Shown here: in pieces, positions 31,710 through 34,005 of the stretch
Layout of the letters: every line of letters starts with the position of its first letter
Numbering within the stretch: the first letter of the stretch is position 1
DNA from: a virus
IMG/VR virus record: IMGVR_UViG_3300017814_000057
DNA: 34,005 nt
Strand: one strand, 5' to 3'
Position numbers and translations under genes: made by a program
The notes under the pieces: model-generated
The model's database searches: none
What the model was told of the DNA's origin: nothing
The model's input: only the letters and a program-made list of their open reading frames with translations

Positions 31710-31772
31710 GAAACCCTCAAAACCGATGGGACAGGGATAAAAAAATAAGAAAGGTGGAACCAAATGAATAGT

Positions 31773-31813
31773 ATTGAAGAGGGAAAAACCATGGAGACAG
31801 AACTTACTAAAAA
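31773..31813 (+). repeat. Gene-junction direct repeat, copy 1
   Basis: The sequence is ATTGAAGAGGGAA-aaacc-ATGGAGACAGAACTTACTAAAAA. Confidence 0.85.
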
Positions 31814-32399
31814 TATAAAGAAAGCCGTGATCTGGTTTAAACCAATGCTTAATTCTCAGATGCGGACCTTACGATATGCGCATGAAGTGCTTACCCCTAC
31901 AGGATATGTGGATGCTATCCGGTTTGAAGACTACATCAAAGAAATGAAAAGATATTGTGCTTTATTAAATCCACACAAAGAAAATGGAGACGAAAGGTTA
32001 ATAAGCAGGTATAAGAAAAACCTGCTTACACATTGCAAGGAACCGTTAAAAGAAAATTTTCCAAGCCAAAAATGTAGAATGTGCTGGTGCAATAGAATAA
32101 TACAAGTTTTGGACATGTGCATTACATGTTATGAGGTAAAGATCACTGTGGCTGATTTTCATTCAAAGAACGGTCATAACTTTCATGGTAACCGGAATTA
32201 TTATGTGGTACCAGATGCCATTGCCGACAAAATCATAAAAGAATTGCCGGCCGGCATAGGCTTAATAAAATATTATCCCGAATCTGGCAGCATGAGAATA
32301 GCGAAAGAATGTGAAAGCCGGGAAATTGAAGAAGAAGTAAAAACTTTTCTACTGTACGGCGCTCTGAAGAAGTGGTGCGACGGGAAACAGCACCATTGA
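31791..32399 (+). CDS. MmcB-like PD-(D/E)XK nuclease-fold protein
   Basis: GYVDAIRFEDY...CYEVKITVADFHSKNGHNFHGNRNYYVVPDAIADKIIKELPAGIGLIKY resembles the MmcB family core. The start is taken at ATG 31791 (METELTK). Confidence 0.4.
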   Translation: METELTKNIKKAVIWFKPMLNSQMRTLRYAHEVLTPTGYVDAIRFEDYIKEMKRYCALLNPHKENGDERLISRYKKNLLTHCKEPLKENFPSQKCRMCWCNRIIQVLDMCITCYEVKITVADFHSKNGHNFHGNRNYYVVPDAIADKIIKELPAGIGLIKYYPESGSMRIAKECESREIEEEVKTFLLYGALKKWCDGKQHH

Positions 32400-32434
32400 A
32401 GAGGGAAGGACATGGAAACCGAACTTACTAAAAA
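32395..32434 (+). repeat. Gene-junction direct repeat, copy 2
   Basis: The sequence is ATTGAAGAGGGAA-ggac-ATGGAAACCGAACTTACTAAAAA. It matches copy 1 at 13/13 and then 21/23. Confidence 0.85.
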
Positions 32435-32567
32435 ACAGGAAGCCGGACAAAAAATACCGGAATATGTATTTGAATTTATAGACGCCATCTTGGCGAATGA
32501 TATCAAAACGGCCATGCGGATAGCCGCGGAAGAGATAGGACAGGGCGAACAGATTAGTATGTTTTGA
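32412..32567 (+). CDS. 51-aa hypothetical protein (below the track cut-off)
   Basis: The product METELTKKQEAGQKIPEYVFEFIDAILANDIKTAMRIAAEEIGQGEQISMF shares its first 7 aa with the upstream gene. Confidence 0.45.
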   Translation: METELTKKQEAGQKIPEYVFEFIDAILANDIKTAMRIAAEEIGQGEQISMF

Positions 32568-32587
32568 AGAGTAAAGGAGAATAGGCC

Positions 32588-32857
32588 ATGAAATATGATG
32601 AGGAACTGTATTTAGATAGCGGAATATACAACGGAGATTGTGACGACGAGATGAAATGCCATAAAGAAAAAATAATAAAGTGCAGAAACGGACATAAATG
32701 TGTCTCTTGTGGCAAAGATATAAAAGTTGGAGACCAAGTGCTATATGAGACGGGCTTTATGGATAATCATCCTGTATCTGCATATACATGTTTACCTTGT
32801 ATAGAGAACTGGCTTGAAGAATCCGGGCAAGTCGATTCCGATGATCCAGAAGATTGA
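32588..32857 (+). CDS. Zn-binding small protein
   Basis: It carries CRNGHKCVSCGK...YTCLPC. Confidence 0.45.
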   Translation: MKYDEELYLDSGIYNGDCDDEMKCHKEKIIKCRNGHKCVSCGKDIKVGDQVLYETGFMDNHPVSAYTCLPCIENWLEESGQVDSDDPED

Positions 32858-32865
32858 AGAGGGAA
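32853..32865 (+). repeat. Third exact copy of the ATTGAAGAGGGAA junction motif
   Basis: The upstream stop TGA is embedded in it, and ATG follows 17 nt later. A degenerate fourth copy, TTGAAGAGtAAaGGAG, lies at 32564. Confidence 0.8.
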
Positions 32866-32881
32866 AGGGAGGTAAATAACC

Positions 32882-33724
32882 ATGTCAAAGCGCCAGGAAA
32901 AATGGAAAGAGTTTAAAGAACTCACCGAAGAAGGTAAAACCATCAACGAAACATCAGAAGCATTGGGCGTATCAAACAATACTACAAGTCTCTGGCGTGC
33001 AGAATTAAAAAAGCAGGAAGTCGGCTTGACAACACCAACGCTGCAGAGATTCGATACACTTCAAGATCCGGAACTGGATAAATATGCTGTAACGGAAATA
33101 GAGGGAGATAAAGTATACCTTAAAATTAAAGCGCCTATAGGCTCGCCTCAAAGCGAAAAAAGCAAAGATGTAATATCACTCAAAGAATTTCAGGCTGGCA
33201 AGACTGTATATAAAAAGCTGAACTATGCACCGGTGACTGTATCCCATATCGAGCCGAAGCCGGAGATCAAAACAGAAGAAGAAAAACGTGCGGAGAGGAT
33301 CGCAAACGCTCGCAAAAGGTCAGAAGCAGCGAAACAAAACGAGAACTTTCCGATTGACAAACCTGCCGGAAATGAAGACCAAATTGACAATAATGAATCA
33401 AAAGAGACAAAACTTGACGATCTTGACAGAATAGAAAAACTGATAAACAAAGGACTACTCACAATAAATGAGGGCCGCGCTGAACTCGAATATCAATCCA
33501 TAGACGATCGATCGCTTATGCCGGTAAGAAAATATCTTCATGATATAAATCAACTGATAAATATAATGACTCCGATATGCGCAGTTGATGATGACGTTCT
33601 CCAGGATACTGCCAAATTAGCATATAAGATACTGATATATGGATTAAACGACGAATTCGTAGGAACAAAGGAGGCAAAAGATGAAAGTGAAAAGGTACAT
33701 TCCATGCCCGATATGCGGAAATGA
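32882..33724 (+). CDS. HTH protein with a K/E-rich middle and unknown C-terminal domain
   Basis: The N-terminal HTH-like segment is GKTINETSEALGVSNNTTSLWR. Length is 280 aa. Confidence 0.5.
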   Translation: MSKRQEKWKEFKELTEEGKTINETSEALGVSNNTTSLWRAELKKQEVGLTTPTLQRFDTLQDPELDKYAVTEIEGDKVYLKIKAPIGSPQSEKSKDVISLKEFQAGKTVYKKLNYAPVTVSHIEPKPEIKTEEEKRAERIANARKRSEAAKQNENFPIDKPAGNEDQIDNNESKETKLDDLDRIEKLINKGLLTINEGRAELEYQSIDDRSLMPVRKYLHDINQLINIMTPICAVDDDVLQDTAKLAYKILIYGLNDEFVGTKEAKDESEKVHSMPDMRK

Positions 33725-33857
33725 GATATTACTGTCGAGGCACTGCAAAGCAGAGGGAGACATGATCTGTCCATACTGCGAAAAGACATTCCACTATTCG
33801 CCAGATGACTATATTGTTCGTGACGAAAAAGGCAAACCAGTAAGGAGAAAAAAATGA
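33681..33857 (+). CDS. 58-aa Zn-ribbon protein (below the track cut-off)
   Basis: AAGGAGG precedes ATG 33681. It carries CPICGN...CPYCEK. Its stop overlaps the next ATG (ATGA). Confidence 0.5.
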   Translation: MKVKRYIPCPICGNEILLSRHCKAEGDMICPYCEKTFHYSPDDYIVRDEKGKPVRRKK

Positions 33858-34005
33858 GGATAGGTAACGAAGAAGAATATAAAGACATATTGTATTTCTG
33901 CGATCCGGAAAAAAATAAGAAATGCAACAAAAGGTTGTGCTTTAAAAACGATGGCCCATGCCATAGCACCCCAAATCCTGAGTATGCATTTATCTCAGGC
34001 GTTCA
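33854..34005 (+). CDS. 5' part of the wrap-around Cys-rich small protein (continues at 128..197)
   Basis: ATG 33854 is in frame with track ORF 12..197 through the terminal repeat. Confidence 0.6.
   Translation, partial: MRIGNEEEYKDILYFCDPEKNKKCNKRLCFKNDGPCHSTPNPEYAFISGV
33879..34005. repeat. Terminal direct repeat, copy 2 (identical to 1..127)
   Basis: Same 127-nt string as the window start. This is typical of a circular-contig overlap. Confidence 0.95.

Larger units (their letters stand above)
1..33878. mobile_element. Complete temperate siphovirus-like phage genome (HK97-type head module), one unit length of a circularly closed assembly
   Basis: The full set of packaging, head, tail, lysis, integration and immunity modules is present. 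An exact 127-bp overlap joins the two window ends, and an ORF runs through the junction. Confidence 0.85.

Noticed and set aside
1-34005. CRISPR arrays, diversity-generating retroelement, retron, or transposase/IS elements
   Set aside because: I saw no spaced direct-repeat array. No reverse transcriptase motif (YxDD) appears in any ORF, and no transposase-like ORF or terminal inverted repeats are present. The only long repeat is the 127-bp end overlap.

Overview
The window is one complete temperate tailed-phage genome of about 33.9 kb, assembled as a circle. Bases 1-127 recur exactly at 33879-34005, so the unit length is 33,878 bp, and one small ORF runs across the junction. All family names below come from motifs I recognise by eye; no search was run.

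Layout:
- Plus-strand early and accessory operon, 26044 -> 34005/1 -> 3448. It encodes a 3D-domain protein, a mini-GNAT, a DUF4406-like protein, an orphan C5 methyltransferase and an MmcB-like nuclease. It also encodes several Zn-ribbon proteins, a SplB-like radical-SAM enzyme, a PC4/YdbC-like ssDNA binder, an HUH rolling-circle Rep and an ArpU-like late activator.
- Plus-strand late operon, 3476 -> 20776. It runs HNH, TerS, TerL, portal, protease, capsid, connectors and tail tube. These are followed by the G/GT chaperone (with an A-run -1 frameshift), tape measure, baseplate and fibre genes, an M15 endolysin and three holin-like membrane proteins.
- Minus-strand lysogeny side, 20873 -> 24861. 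It holds a two-gene cargo operon, an attP carrying the 3' 46 nt of tRNA-Gly(CCC), a tyrosine integrase, a tandem-domain lipoprotein, ImmA and an XRE repressor.
- Divergent genetic switch with three TTCC-N6-GGAA operators.
- Gene content (ImmA/XRE, ArpU, LL-H-type holin, lipobox protein) suggests a Firmicutes-type host.

Best candidates for something undescribed:
1. The autonomously expressed two-gene operon at the prophage end (20873-21800).
2. A free-standing DUF1883-like gene inserted antisense into the early operon, next to a 57% G+C structured non-coding island of about 240 nt (25488-26043).
3. A lipoprotein in the Ltp-like exclusion position (23402-24100).
4. A start-less receptor-binding-like ORF reachable from the tail-fibre gene only by a -1 shift in a G6-A-G5-A-G4 tract (18304-18687).
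5. An HUH Rep with a PC4-like ssDNA binder as the only recognisable replication genes.
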